A stretch of DNA of 64,000 nucleotides, from positions 97,045-161,044 of the forward strand of contig NZ_JBGAGJ010000003.1 in the NCBI RefSeq assembly GCF_044226765.1, read 5' to 3'. Shown piece after piece: positions 27,616-37,254 of this stretch. The position numbers and the translations under genes were made by a program. A model generated the notes under the pieces. That model did no database searches and was not told the origin of the DNA. It was given only the letters and a program-made list of their open reading frames with translations. Source of the stretch: Nocardioides sp. (lineage in GTDB: Bacteria; Actinomycetota; Actinomycetes; Propionibacteriales; Nocardioidaceae). Position 1 is the stretch's first letter, and every line of letters begins with the position of its first letter.

Positions 27616-29682
27616 GTGGCACCCTCGCACTCGGTCACCCGGGCCTGGCACGGCGTGGTCATCGGGCTGGGCGCGCTGCTGATCCTCGTCGGCACGCTCG
27701 CCGGTGTCGTCAACCGCGAGGTCCTCGACGCCGACCGCTTCGCGGCGCACGTCGACACGGTGCGGACCGACCCGGACGTCAGCCGTGAGCTCGGCGCGGT
27801 GATCACCGAGCGGCTGTTGGAGCAACAGCCGGACCTGGTGGCGCTCCGGCCGCTGGTGGAGTCGACCGCCACCGACCTGGTCGCCAGCCCGGCGGTCAGC
27901 CCGCTGGTGCGGTCGGTCGTCGCTCCGCTCTACCGCGCCCTCGTGCTCGGCCAGGGCGAGGACCCGCTCGTGCTGCGGCTCGCCGACGTGGCGGCGGTGG
28001 TGATCGGCGTCGTCACCGAGGTCTCACCGCAGGCCCGGGCCACCGTGCCCCCCGACCTCGACGTCCGGCTCTCCGAGCTCGGGGGCGCCCACTACGACAC
28101 CACCGTCGTCTCGCACGTGCACTGGGTCGCCTGGATCGCCCGGCTGTGCCCGCTCCTCGGTCTGCTCCTGCTGGGCGTGGGGGGTGTCCTCCTCGCGCCC
28201 CGCGGCGCCCGGGTGCGCGGGTTGCTGCGCGAGGTCGGGCGCGGTGCGCTGGTCGCGGGGCTCGGGCTCGCGCTGGTCGTGCTGACGGTGGCGTTCCTCG
28301 CTCGGCGCGCGGACCGCAGCACGCTCGACGGGGCGCTCGCGCACGCGGCCTGGGCCGAGCTCTCGAGCTCCTTCTGGCTGGCCACCGCGCTGGTCGTCAC
28401 CGTCGGTGCCGTCGGCGTGCTGGTCTCGCGGGAGGACGCCGACCTCCGCAGCCTGCTCCGCCCGGCCCACGAGCCGCTCGAGGCGGTCGGCCGGGCCATC
28501 GTCCTCGGGGTCGCCGGCCTGGCGCTGCTCGCGGACCCGATGGCCGTGCTCACCGCGCTGCTCGAGATCGCGGGCCTGGGACTCCTCGTGTGGGGCGTCG
28601 TGGCGCTCGTGGTCACCATCGTGCGGACCCCGCGGGCTCGTACGTGGGCGGTCGTGTCGGTCGGGGTGCTGGTCGCGGGGTGGATCGTGCTGGTGCTGCC
28701 GACCAGCCAGCAGCTGCCCACCGGCCGCGCCGCGCTCGCCGCCGGCGAGGGCTGCAACGGGCACGTCGAGCTGTGCTCGCGCCGCTACGACGAGGTCGTC
28801 TTCCCGGCGACCCACAACTCGATGTCGGCAGCCGACATCAAGGGCTGGTTCTTCCCCGAGCAGCCCGACGGCATCGTCGCCCAGCTCGACCACGGGATCC
28901 GCGTGCTGCTCGTCGACAGCTGGTACGGCCAGCGCACCGACCGGCCCGGGGTCGTCGCGACGGCCGAGGAGAGCCGGGCCAAGGCGATCGCGGAGGCGCG
29001 GGACACCTACGGTGCGGCGACCGTGGACAGCGCCCTGCGGCTGCAGCAGGCCTTCGGGCTGGCGCCGCGCGGCCGGGTGCAGCCCTACCTGTGCCACGCC
29101 ATGTGCGAGCTCGGCTCGACGCCGTGGCTCGACAGCCTGCGCGACACCCGGACGTGGCTCGAGCAGCACCCGACCGAGGTCGTCACGCTGTTCGTCCAGG
29201 ACGAGGTCAGCCCGGCCGACACCGCCGACCTGATCGAGAAGGCGGGCCTGCTGCCCTACGTCTACACGCCGTCCGGCGACCCCGCGACCGCCCCGTGGCC
29301 GACCCTGGGCCAGATGATCGACAGCGGCAAGCGGCTGGTGGTGCTGATGGAGAAGCGCGGCGGCGGCGAGGAGTGGCCCTGGCTGCTGCAGGGGTTCCGC
29401 TGGGTCCAGGACACGCCGTACCTGTTCCGGTCGCCCGCGGAGTTCAGCTGCGACCGCAACCGGGGTCCCGCCGACGCGCCGCTGTTCCTGGTCAACCACT
29501 GGATCAGCGACAAGAGGGCCACGGTCAGCAACGCCGCGAAGGTCAACGCTCGGGGGGTCCTGCTGCGGCGCGTCGAGCAGTGCGAGCGCGAGCGCGACCG
29601 GCCGGCGAACTTCGTCGCGGTCGACTACTACGACCAGGGCGACCTGATGAGCGTGGTGGACACCCTCAACGGGCTGGACTGA
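27616..29682 (+). CDS. Membrane protein with C-terminal PI-PLC X-like phosphodiesterase domain
   Basis: Multiple N-terminal TMs; CNGHVELCSRRYDEV..ATHNS, QLDHGIR, YLCH..CELG, HPTEVVT, WPTLGQMI, LVNHW, NFVAVDYY. Confidence 0.8.
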   Translation: MAPSHSVTRAWHGVVIGLGALLILVGTLAGVVNREVLDADRFAAHVDTVRTDPDVSRELGAVITERLLEQQPDLVALRPLVESTATDLVASPAVSPLVRSVVAPLYRALVLGQGEDPLVLRLADVAAVVIGVVTEVSPQARATVPPDLDVRLSELGGAHYDTTVVSHVHWVAWIARLCPLLGLLLLGVGGVLLAPRGARVRGLLREVGRGALVAGLGLALVVLTVAFLARRADRSTLDGALAHAAWAELSSSFWLATALVVTVGAVGVLVSREDADLRSLLRPAHEPLEAVGRAIVLGVAGLALLADPMAVLTALLEIAGLGLLVWGVVALVVTIVRTPRARTWAVVSVGVLVAGWIVLVLPTSQQLPTGRAALAAGEGCNGHVELCSRRYDEVVFPATHNSMSAADIKGWFFPEQPDGIVAQLDHGIRVLLVDSWYGQRTDRPGVVATAEESRAKAIAEARDTYGAATVDSALRLQQAFGLAPRGRVQPYLCHAMCELGSTPWLDSLRDTRTWLEQHPTEVVTLFVQDEVSPADTADLIEKAGLLPYVYTPSGDPATAPWPTLGQMIDSGKRLVVLMEKRGGGEEWPWLLQGFRWVQDTPYLFRSPAEFSCDRNRGPADAPLFLVNHWISDKRATVSNAAKVNARGVLLRRVEQCERERDRPANFVAVDYYDQGDLMSVVDTLNGLD

Positions 29683-29734
29683 GCACCACACTCGTCCGGA
29701 ACGGGTGAGGCGTCGCCTCGACCCGGTCGGCAGC

Positions 29735-31195
29735 ATGCCGGAGGTGACCCAGACCGAGGCATCTCCGGGTGGTGCCGTCGCCAGGATGAGCGTCCCCACG
29801 CTGACGGCGATGGTCGTCGGCGGCATGGTCGGGGCCGGCGTCTTCTCCCTGCCCGCCCGGTTCGGCGTCGCGACCGGCATCCTCGGCTCCCTGATCGCCT
29901 GGACGATCGCCGGCGCCGGCATGCTCATGCTCGCGTTCGTCTTCCAGACGCTGGCGATCCGCAAGCCGGACCTCGACTCGGGTGTCTTCATCTACGCCAA
30001 GGCCGGGTTCGGCGACTACGCCGGCTTCAACTCGGCGATCGGCTTCTGGGCCAGCTCCGTGGCCGGCAACGCCTTCTACTGGGTCTTCATCGGCTCGACG
30101 CTGGGAGCCTTCTTCGACGGCTTCGGCGAGGGGGACACCGTGCTCGCGGTCGCGGTGGGGACCGCGGGCGTGTGGCTGTTCCACTACCTGATCGCCCGCG
30201 GCGTGCGGGACGCCGCGGTGATCAACCGGATCGTCACGGTCTTCAAGATCATCCCGATCCTGGTCTTCATCGTCGTGCTGTTCGTCAACTTCGACGCCGG
30301 GGTCTTCGCGGACAACTGGACCGGCTACGGGTACGGCGACCTCGGCTCGCTGAACGAGCAGGTCCGCAACACGATGCTGATCACCACGTTCGTCTTCATC
30401 GGCATCGAGGGCGCCAGCGTCTACTCGCGCTACGCCGAGCGGCGCGAGGACGTGGGGCGGGCCACCGTGCTGGGCTTCCTCAGCGTGCTGTCGCTGTTCG
30501 CCCTCGTCACGTTGTCGAGCTACTCCGTCGTGCCGCAGCCCGAGCTCGCCGCGACCCGGCAGCCCTCGATGGTCGGCGTCTTCCAGTCGGTCGTCGGCGA
30601 CTGGGGCGAGTGGTTCATCAGCATCGCGGTGATCGTGTCGGTGCTCGGTGCCTATCTGGCCTGGACGTTGATGGCCGCCGAGGTCATGTACATCCCGGCC
30701 CGTCAGGACGACATGCCGGAGTTCCTCGGGCAGGAGAACGCCGCCGGCACCCCCATCACGGCCCTGGTCGTCACCTCCCTCGGGGTGACCGGGCTCCTCG
30801 CGCTGACGCTCTTCGTCACCGACGCGCTGAACTTCATGCTGGACCTCGCCACCAGCCTGTCGCTGCTGCCCTACGTCCTGGCTGCGGCCTACGCGCTCAA
30901 GCTGGGACTGACCGGAGAGGCCTATGAAGGTGTCTCGGCGCGCACGCGGCGCAAGGAGACGATCGTCGCGGGCGCGGCGACGGCGTACACGGTGTTCCTG
31001 TTCGACGCGGCCGGGATGAAGTTCGTGCTGCTGATGACCGTCATCCTGGCCCCGGCCGCGCTGCTCTACGTCAAGGCGCGCAGCGAGCACGGGCGGCGGA
31101 TCTTCAGCCCGGCGGAGGTCGGACTGTTCGTCCTGATCGTCACGGGTGGGGTGGCCGGGGCCGTCGGCCTGTGGACCGGCCGGATCAGCCTCTAG
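29735..31195 (+). CDS. arcD: Arginine/ornithine antiporter (APC family)
   Basis: [32 protein letters not shown]; immediately upstream of arcA. Confidence 0.85.
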   Translation: MPEVTQTEASPGGAVARMSVPTLTAMVVGGMVGAGVFSLPARFGVATGILGSLIAWTIAGAGMLMLAFVFQTLAIRKPDLDSGVFIYAKAGFGDYAGFNSAIGFWASSVAGNAFYWVFIGSTLGAFFDGFGEGDTVLAVAVGTAGVWLFHYLIARGVRDAAVINRIVTVFKIIPILVFIVVLFVNFDAGVFADNWTGYGYGDLGSLNEQVRNTMLITTFVFIGIEGASVYSRYAERREDVGRATVLGFLSVLSLFALVTLSSYSVVPQPELAATRQPSMVGVFQSVVGDWGEWFISIAVIVSVLGAYLAWTLMAAEVMYIPARQDDMPEFLGQENAAGTPITALVVTSLGVTGLLALTLFVTDALNFMLDLATSLSLLPYVLAAAYALKLGLTGEAYEGVSARTRRKETIVAGAATAYTVFLFDAAGMKFVLLMTVILAPAALLYVKARSEHGRRIFSPAEVGLFVLIVTGGVAGAVGLWTGRISL

Positions 31196-31220
31196 GCATC
31201 ACGGAGAGAAAGGGCGGGAC

Positions 31221-32468
31221 ATGACCACCTCATCGACGTACGGCGTGCACTCGGAGGTCGGCCGGCTGCGCAAGGTGCTGGTCTGCGCGCCGGGACTGGC
31301 TCACCGGCGGCTCACGCCCAGCAACAACGACGAGCTGCTCTTCGACGACGTGATGTGGGTCGAGAACGCCCAGCGCGACCACGCCGACTTCGTCAACAAG
31401 CTCACTCAGCGCGGAGTGGAGGTCGTCGAGCTGCACGACCTGCTCGCGGAGACCCTCGACGTGCCGGGCGCGCGCGACTGGCTGCTGGACCGCAAGATCG
31501 TGCCGAACCGGGTCGGCCTGGGCCTGGTCGACGCCACGCGTGGCTACCTGGAGACGCTGTCGTCGCGGCAGCTCGCCGAGTTCCTCATCGGCGGGCTCGC
31601 GACGCAGGACCTCCCAGAGGACTTCCGCACGCCGTACCTCTCGCTCGCGCGCGAGTCCACCGGCGCCCGTGAGTACCTGATGCCGCCGCTGCCGAACACG
31701 CTCTACACCCGCGACACGACCTGCTGGCTCTACGGCGGCGTGACCCTGAACCCGCTGTACTGGCCGGCGCGCAAGGACGAGACGCTGGTCTACAAGGCGA
31801 TCTACGAGTTCCACCCCGACTTCGTCGGGTCGACGGTCTGGTGGGGCGATCCCGAGCAGGAGTGGGGCCAAGCCACCTTCGAGGGCGGCGACATCATGCC
31901 GGTCGGCAACGGCGTGGTCCTCATGGGCATGAGCGAGCGCACCTCGCGCCAGGCGATCACCCAGGTCGCCTCCGCCCTGTTCGCCCAGGGTGCCGCGGAC
32001 CGGGTCGTGGTCGCCGGGATGCCGAAGCTGCGTGCGGCCATGCACCTCGACACCGTCTTCACCTTCGCCGACCGTGACATCGTCACGCTCTACCCCGAGA
32101 TCATGGACGCCGTCCACACCTTCTCGTTGCTGCCCTCCGACCTGGCCCCGGGCCTCGAGGTGGTCGACGAGGGGTCGACGCCGTTCGTGGACGTCGTCGC
32201 CCGTTCGCTGGGACTGGACTCGCTCCGGGTCATCGAGACCGGCGGCGACGTCTACCAGTCCGAGCGCCAGCAGTGGGACAGCGGCAACAACGCCGTCGCA
32301 CTGGAGCCCGGCGTGGTGTTCACCTACGACCGCAACACCCTCACCAACACCCTGCTCCGCAAGGCCGGGGTCGAGGTGATCACGATCGTCGGCGCCGAGC
32401 TCGGGCGCGGCCGCGGCGGCGGTCACTGCATGACCTGTCCGATCATCCGAGAGCCCGTGGAGTACTGA
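31221..32468 (+). CDS. arcA: Arginine deiminase
   Basis: [53 protein letters not shown]. Confidence 0.96.
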   Translation: MTTSSTYGVHSEVGRLRKVLVCAPGLAHRRLTPSNNDELLFDDVMWVENAQRDHADFVNKLTQRGVEVVELHDLLAETLDVPGARDWLLDRKIVPNRVGLGLVDATRGYLETLSSRQLAEFLIGGLATQDLPEDFRTPYLSLARESTGAREYLMPPLPNTLYTRDTTCWLYGGVTLNPLYWPARKDETLVYKAIYEFHPDFVGSTVWWGDPEQEWGQATFEGGDIMPVGNGVVLMGMSERTSRQAITQVASALFAQGAADRVVVAGMPKLRAAMHLDTVFTFADRDIVTLYPEIMDAVHTFSLLPSDLAPGLEVVDEGSTPFVDVVARSLGLDSLRVIETGGDVYQSERQQWDSGNNAVALEPGVVFTYDRNTLTNTLLRKAGVEVITIVGAELGRGRGGGHCMTCPIIREPVEY

Positions 32469-32902
32469 TGCGCCTTACGACCCTGTTCGCCCTGGCAGCT
32501 GCCACCGTCCTGCTCACCTCCTGCGGTGGCTCCGACGGCCCGACCGGCCGCGAGGGGAGCCCGGCGACGGCCGGCGACCTCGACAACACGACCTACACCT
32601 CCTCGGAGGTCACCGGCTACGACATGGTCAAGGACACCCAGGTGGTGCTGACCTTCAAGGACGGCAACCTCGGCGTCAACGGCGGCTGCAACACGATGTC
32701 GGCGGCGTACGCCGTCACCGACGGCACGCTGAAGTGGACCGGTCCTGCGGCCTCCACGATGATGGCCTGCAACGACGAGCTGACCGCCCAGGACAAGTGG
32801 CTGACCGGGATCTTCACCGACGGGGTGAAGGCCGACGTCAACAACTCGACGCTGGTGCTCACCGCGTCCGACGACGCGGAGATCGTCCTCGAGGCCGACT
32901 GA
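32468..32902 (+). CDS. META domain lipoprotein
   Basis: Lipobox LLTSC; GGCNTM and STMMAC; start overlaps the arcA stop (TGATG). Confidence 0.85.
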   Translation: MRLTTLFALAAATVLLTSCGGSDGPTGREGSPATAGDLDNTTYTSSEVTGYDMVKDTQVVLTFKDGNLGVNGGCNTMSAAYAVTDGTLKWTGPAASTMMACNDELTAQDKWLTGIFTDGVKADVNNSTLVLTASDDAEIVLEAD

Positions 32903-32918
32903 CGCCCCGTCCCGGTCG

Positions 32919-33596
32919 CTAGTTGCCGGTCTGCTGCGGCAGCTTCGGGATCAGCCAGTCCAAGAAGGCGTCCTGGCTGCGGGTCTGGATGTAGATGCGG
33001 CCGGGCCCCGTCAGGTCGCAGACCAGGCCCTCGCCGGAGAGGAACGTCGACTTCCAGCCGCCGACCTTGCGGACGGCGTACTGCACGCCCTCGGTCCAGG
33101 CCACCATGTGCCCGGTGTCGACGGTGTAGGTCTGGCCCGGCTGCAGGTCGATGGCGTGGATCGCGCCGTAGCTGGACAGCACGAGCTCGCCCTGCCCGGA
33201 GACGCGCAGCATGAAGAGGCCCTCGCGCGAGAAGAACGTCTTCGCACCGCCCCAGTTGGTGTCGATCTCGACGCCCGAGGACGACGCGATGTAGGAGCCC
33301 GACTGCACGAAGAGGGTGCCCTGGTGCGGCCACGCGACCACGTCGCCCGGCAGCGACGGCGCGACCCACAGCTCAGCGCCGGCCGTCTGAGCGGTGAACG
33401 TGTTCATGAAGAACGACTCGCCACCGAGCACCGAGCGCTTCAGGCCCTTGAGGATGCCGCCCTGGGTCGACGTCTCCAAGGTGATGCCGGGCGACATCGC
33501 CAGCATCGCCCCGGCCTCCGCCCGGACGGTCTCGCCCTGCGCGAGGGTGAGCTTCGCGGCGGCGTACGCCGGGCCGTAGAGCACTTCGGTCTGCAT
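32919..33596 (-). CDS. AIM24 / TIGR00266 family protein
   Basis: AEAGAM, GGESFFMNTF, EGLF, VDTGHMVAW, SGEGLVC..TGPG..YIQTR. Confidence 0.9.
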   Translation of the reverse strand: MQTEVLYGPAYAAAKLTLAQGETVRAEAGAMLAMSPGITLETSTQGGILKGLKRSVLGGESFFMNTFTAQTAGAELWVAPSLPGDVVAWPHQGTLFVQSGSYIASSSGVEIDTNWGGAKTFFSREGLFMLRVSGQGELVLSSYGAIHAIDLQPGQTYTVDTGHMVAWTEGVQYAVRKVGGWKSTFLSGEGLVCDLTGPGRIYIQTRSQDAFLDWLIPKLPQQTGN

Positions 33597-33697
33597 GGTG
33601 AGCCTCTTCCTATGCGTGGCCCGAGCCGGGGGACGGGTACGTCCCGAGCCTAGTCACCGCCGACCCCGCCGTCCGGCGGGCTGAGACACTCGTCTGC

Positions 33698-34102
33698 GTG
33701 GACCGACCGCCGCTCGCCGACGCCCTCGACCTCGCCCCGCACCCGGAGGGCGGGTGGTACCGCCAGACCTGGGCGTCGCCGGAGACCGTGACCCTGGCGG
33801 ACGGCCGGGTCCGGCCGACCGCCACGCTGATCTACTTCCTGCTGCCCGCGGGGGAGTCCTCGGCCTGGCACCGGGTCGCGTCCGACGAGGTCTGGCTCGC
33901 CCACCAGGGCTCGGTCACCCTCGAGCTCGGGGGCGACGCCGCGCGGCCGGTCGGGGCCGGCACCGTCTCGGTGGGCCCGGACCGACCCCAGGTGCTGGTG
34001 CCGGCCGGTGCCTGGCAGCGCACGCTCCCGAGCGGCACCGACGCGCTGGTCAGCTGCCTGGTGTCCCCGGGGTTCGACTTCGACGACTTCGAGCTGGCAT
34101 GA
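33698..34102 (+). CDS. Cupin_5 (DUF985) family protein
   Basis: LAPHPEGGWYR, TLIYFLL, SAWHRV.SDEVW, VSPGFDFDDF. Confidence 0.9.
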   Translation: MDRPPLADALDLAPHPEGGWYRQTWASPETVTLADGRVRPTATLIYFLLPAGESSAWHRVASDEVWLAHQGSVTLELGGDAARPVGAGTVSVGPDRPQVLVPAGAWQRTLPSGTDALVSCLVSPGFDFDDFELA

Positions 34103-34833
34103 GGCCGCTGACGCTGGTCACCGGCGGCTCCCGCGGGATCGGGGCCGCGACCGCCCTGCGGCTGGCCCGGGACGGGCACGACCTGGTGCTCGGCTACGCC
34201 CGCGACGACCGGACCGCGGAGGAGACCCGGCTGGCGGTCGAGGACGCCGGGGCGCGCTGCCGCACCGTGCGGGCCGACCTCACCGAGCCCGCGGGCGTCG
34301 ACCGTCTCTTCGCAGAGGCCGGCCCGGTGACCGGTGTCGTCAACAACGCCGGCGCGACCCTCCACCTCGGCCCGCTCGCCCAGACCCCCGTCGAGGTGGT
34401 CCGGGCGACGGTCGACCTCAACCTCACCGCCGCGCTGCTGGTCGCCCGGGCGGCCGTGCGGGCGATGGGTCGCTCCTTCGGCGGGCAGGGCGGCGTGCTG
34501 GTCAACGTCAGCTCCGGCGCGGCGACGCTGGGCGCGCCGGGGGAGTACGTGCAGTACGCCGCCGCCAAGGCCGGCGTCGACGCCCTCACGGTGGGCCTGG
34601 CCCAGGAGGTCGCCGGCGACGGGATCCGGGTCGTCGGCGTCGCGCCGGGCATCGTCCGCACCACCATCCACGCCGACGCCGGGGAGCCCGGCCGGGTGGA
34701 GCGGGTGTCCCCGCTCGTGCCGCTCGGCCGGGCCGGTGAGCCGCACGAGGTCGCCGACGCGATCGCCTGGCTGATGAGCGAGCAGGCGTCGTACGTCACC
34801 GGGACGACGCTGCGCGTCGCGGGCGGCCGCTGA
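34099..34833 (+). CDS. Short-chain dehydrogenase/reductase
   Basis: TGGSRGIG, NNAG, NVSS, YAAAK; ATGA coupling to the cupin. Confidence 0.9.
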   Translation: MRPLTLVTGGSRGIGAATALRLARDGHDLVLGYARDDRTAEETRLAVEDAGARCRTVRADLTEPAGVDRLFAEAGPVTGVVNNAGATLHLGPLAQTPVEVVRATVDLNLTAALLVARAAVRAMGRSFGGQGGVLVNVSSGAATLGAPGEYVQYAAAKAGVDALTVGLAQEVAGDGIRVVGVAPGIVRTTIHADAGEPGRVERVSPLVPLGRAGEPHEVADAIAWLMSEQASYVTGTTLRVAGGR

Positions 34834-34922
34834 CCTCGCTGGCAACAGTTGCCAGCCCGACCCCGGGGGCGTCGTCGCCGCCCACGGTGCCCGGTGCCGG
34901 GCCGGTGATTAGGTTCGACGGC

Positions 34923-35858
34923 ATGAGGGTCCTGCTCGCGCTCGGTGGCAACGCCATGACGAACGCCGACGGCCGAGCCCGCCCCGAGGACCAGATCGCC
35001 GCCGCCCGGGTCGCCATGGCCGAGGTCGCCGACCTCCTGCAGCACGACGTCGAGGTGGTGCTCACCCACGGCAACGGCCCGCAGGTCGGCAACCTGCTGG
35101 TGAAGAACGAGCTCGCCGCTGCCGTCGTGCCGCCGGTGCCGCTGGACTGGTGCGGCGCCCAGACCCAGGCCACGCTCGGGTTCGTCCTGATGAACGCGCT
35201 CGACGCCGCTCTCGCGGCCCGTGGGGTCGACCGGCGCACCGCCACCGTCGTCACGCGGACCCTGGTCGACGCCGCCGACCCGGGCTTCGAGCGCCCGACC
35301 AAGCCGATCGGGCGCTACCTCCCGGCCGACGAGGCCGCCGTCCTCGTCGACCACGGCGAGACGTGGGAGGACCGCGGGGAGAAGGGGTGGCGGCGGGTGG
35401 TCGCCTCGCCCGACCCCGTGCGGATCGTCGACGCGCCCGCGGTCCAGGCGCTCGTGGAGGCCGGGTTCGTCGTCGTCGCGAACGGCGGCGGCGGCATCCC
35501 CGTCGTCGAGGAGCCCGACGGCTCGCTGCGGGGCGTCGAGGCCGTGATCGACAAGGACCTGGGCGCCGCCCTGCTCGCCCGCGCGGTCGCCGCCGACGTC
35601 CTGGTCATCGGCACCGACGTCCCCCACGCCGTCCTGCGGTTCGGCACGCCCGACGCCGAGCCGCTGGGCACCGTGACCGTGACCCGGATGCGTGCCCATG
35701 CCGCCGAGGGGCACTTCGCCAGCGGCTCCATGGGCCCCAAGGTCGACGCGGCGTGCCGCTTCGTCGAGCAGGGCGGGACCCGGGCGGTCATCACCGACCT
35801 CGCCCACATCACCGATGCCATCCGGGGCGACGCCGGCACCGTCGTCGTACCCGGCTGA
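34923..35858 (+). CDS. arcC: Carbamate kinase
   Basis: [50 protein letters not shown]; leaderless (TAGGTT 34910-34915). Confidence 0.95.
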   Translation: MRVLLALGGNAMTNADGRARPEDQIAAARVAMAEVADLLQHDVEVVLTHGNGPQVGNLLVKNELAAAVVPPVPLDWCGAQTQATLGFVLMNALDAALAARGVDRRTATVVTRTLVDAADPGFERPTKPIGRYLPADEAAVLVDHGETWEDRGEKGWRRVVASPDPVRIVDAPAVQALVEAGFVVVANGGGGIPVVEEPDGSLRGVEAVIDKDLGAALLARAVAADVLVIGTDVPHAVLRFGTPDAEPLGTVTVTRMRAHAAEGHFASGSMGPKVDAACRFVEQGGTRAVITDLAHITDAIRGDAGTVVVPG

Positions 35859-35878
35859 CCGAAACGAGAGGTAGCCAC

Positions 35879-36982
35879 ATGCCCGAGGCCATCGAGGTCC
35901 GCAAGGTCCCGATCCACTCCGTCGCCGACGCCAGCGAGCTCGCGAGCCTCATCGACGAGGGGGTCGTGGCGGCCGACCGCGTCGTCGCGATCATCGGCAA
36001 GACCGAGGGCAACGGCGGGGTGAACGACTACACCCGGATCATCGCCGACCGGGCCTTCCGGGAGGTGCTGGTCGAGAAGGGGGCCGACCCCGACGCCGTG
36101 CGGCAGGTGCCGATCGTGTGGTCCGGTGGGACCGATGGCGTGATCAGCCCGCACGCGACGATCTTCGCCACCGTCCCGCCCGACCAGGTCGAGCCGACCG
36201 AGGAGCCGAGGCTGACGGTGGGCTTCGCGATGAGCGAGCGGCTGCTGCCCGAGGACATCGGGCGTACCGCGATGATCACCAAGGTCGCGGACGCGGTGAA
36301 GGTCGCCATGGAGCGCGCCGGGATCACCGACCCCGCCGACGTGCACTACGTGCAGACCAAGACGCCGCTGCTGACCATCCACACGATCCGCGACGCCAAG
36401 TCGCGCGGCGAGACCGTCTGGACCGAGCACACCCACGAGTCGATGGACCTCTCCAACGGGTGCACCGCGCTCGGCATCGCGGTCGCCCTCGGCGAGATCG
36501 AGATGCCGTCGGACGAGGACGTCATGCACGACCGTTCGCTGTTCTCCTCGGTGGCCTCCTGCTCGTCGGGGGTGGAGCTGGACCAGGCGCAGGTCGTGGT
36601 CGTCGGCAACGCGCCCGGCGTCGGCGGCCGCTACCGGATCGGGCACTCGGTGATGAAGGACGCCCTGGACCAGGACGGCATCTGGGAGGCGATCCGCGAC
36701 GCCGGCCTCGACCTGCCCGACCGGCCGCGCACCTCCGACCTCGACGGACGCCTGGTCAACGTGTTCCTCAAGTGCGAGGCGTCCCAGGACGGCCAGGTCC
36801 GCGGCCGCCGCAACGCGATGCTCGACGACTCCGACGTGCACTGGCACCGCCAGATCAAGGCGTGCGTCGGCGGCGTCACCGCCGCGGTCACCGGCGACCC
36901 GGCGGTCTTCGTCTCCGTCTCCGCCGCCCACCAGGGCCCCGACGGCGGCGGCCCGGTCGCCGCCATCGTCGACCTGGGCTGA
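35879..36982 (+). CDS. bar: Barbiturase (cyanuric acid hydrolase/barbiturase ring-opening amidohydrolase family)
   Basis: [63 protein letters not shown]; the SAAHQG ending is barbiturase-type rather than AtzD-type (GGAEHQG). Confidence 0.9.
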   Translation: MPEAIEVRKVPIHSVADASELASLIDEGVVAADRVVAIIGKTEGNGGVNDYTRIIADRAFREVLVEKGADPDAVRQVPIVWSGGTDGVISPHATIFATVPPDQVEPTEEPRLTVGFAMSERLLPEDIGRTAMITKVADAVKVAMERAGITDPADVHYVQTKTPLLTIHTIRDAKSRGETVWTEHTHESMDLSNGCTALGIAVALGEIEMPSDEDVMHDRSLFSSVASCSSGVELDQAQVVVVGNAPGVGGRYRIGHSVMKDALDQDGIWEAIRDAGLDLPDRPRTSDLDGRLVNVFLKCEASQDGQVRGRRNAMLDDSDVHWHRQIKACVGGVTAAVTGDPAVFVSVSAAHQGPDGGGPVAAIVDLG

Positions 36983-37013
36983 GCACCGCTCGCGGGCTCC
37001 CGGGCCCCTGCGG

Positions 37014-37245
37014 GACGTCATACGTCCTGGTCGCCGGGACAGCCGGTTCGTATGACGTCTGCCGGGGTCGTGCGGTAGGTCATACGTCCTGGTGGCTCGG
37101 GCTGCCGGTTCGTATGACGTCGCCCGGGGGCCGGCGGGAGGTCATACGTCCTGGTCGCCCGGGCTGCCGGTTCGTATGACGTCTCCCGGGGGCCGGCGGG
37201 AGGTCATACGTTCTGGTCGCCCTGGCTGCCGGTTCGTATGACGTC
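37014..37245. repeat. Tandem array of four 62-bp palindromic units
   Basis: GTCATACG at 37017, 37079, 37141 and 37203 (exact 62-bp period), each followed 24 nt later by CGTATGACGTC. Confidence 0.9.
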
Positions 37246-37254
37246 CCCGAGCCG

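Noticed and set aside
37014-37245. CRISPR array
   Set aside because: The intervening sequences are near-identical to each other rather than unique spacers, there is no leader, and no cas genes are present.
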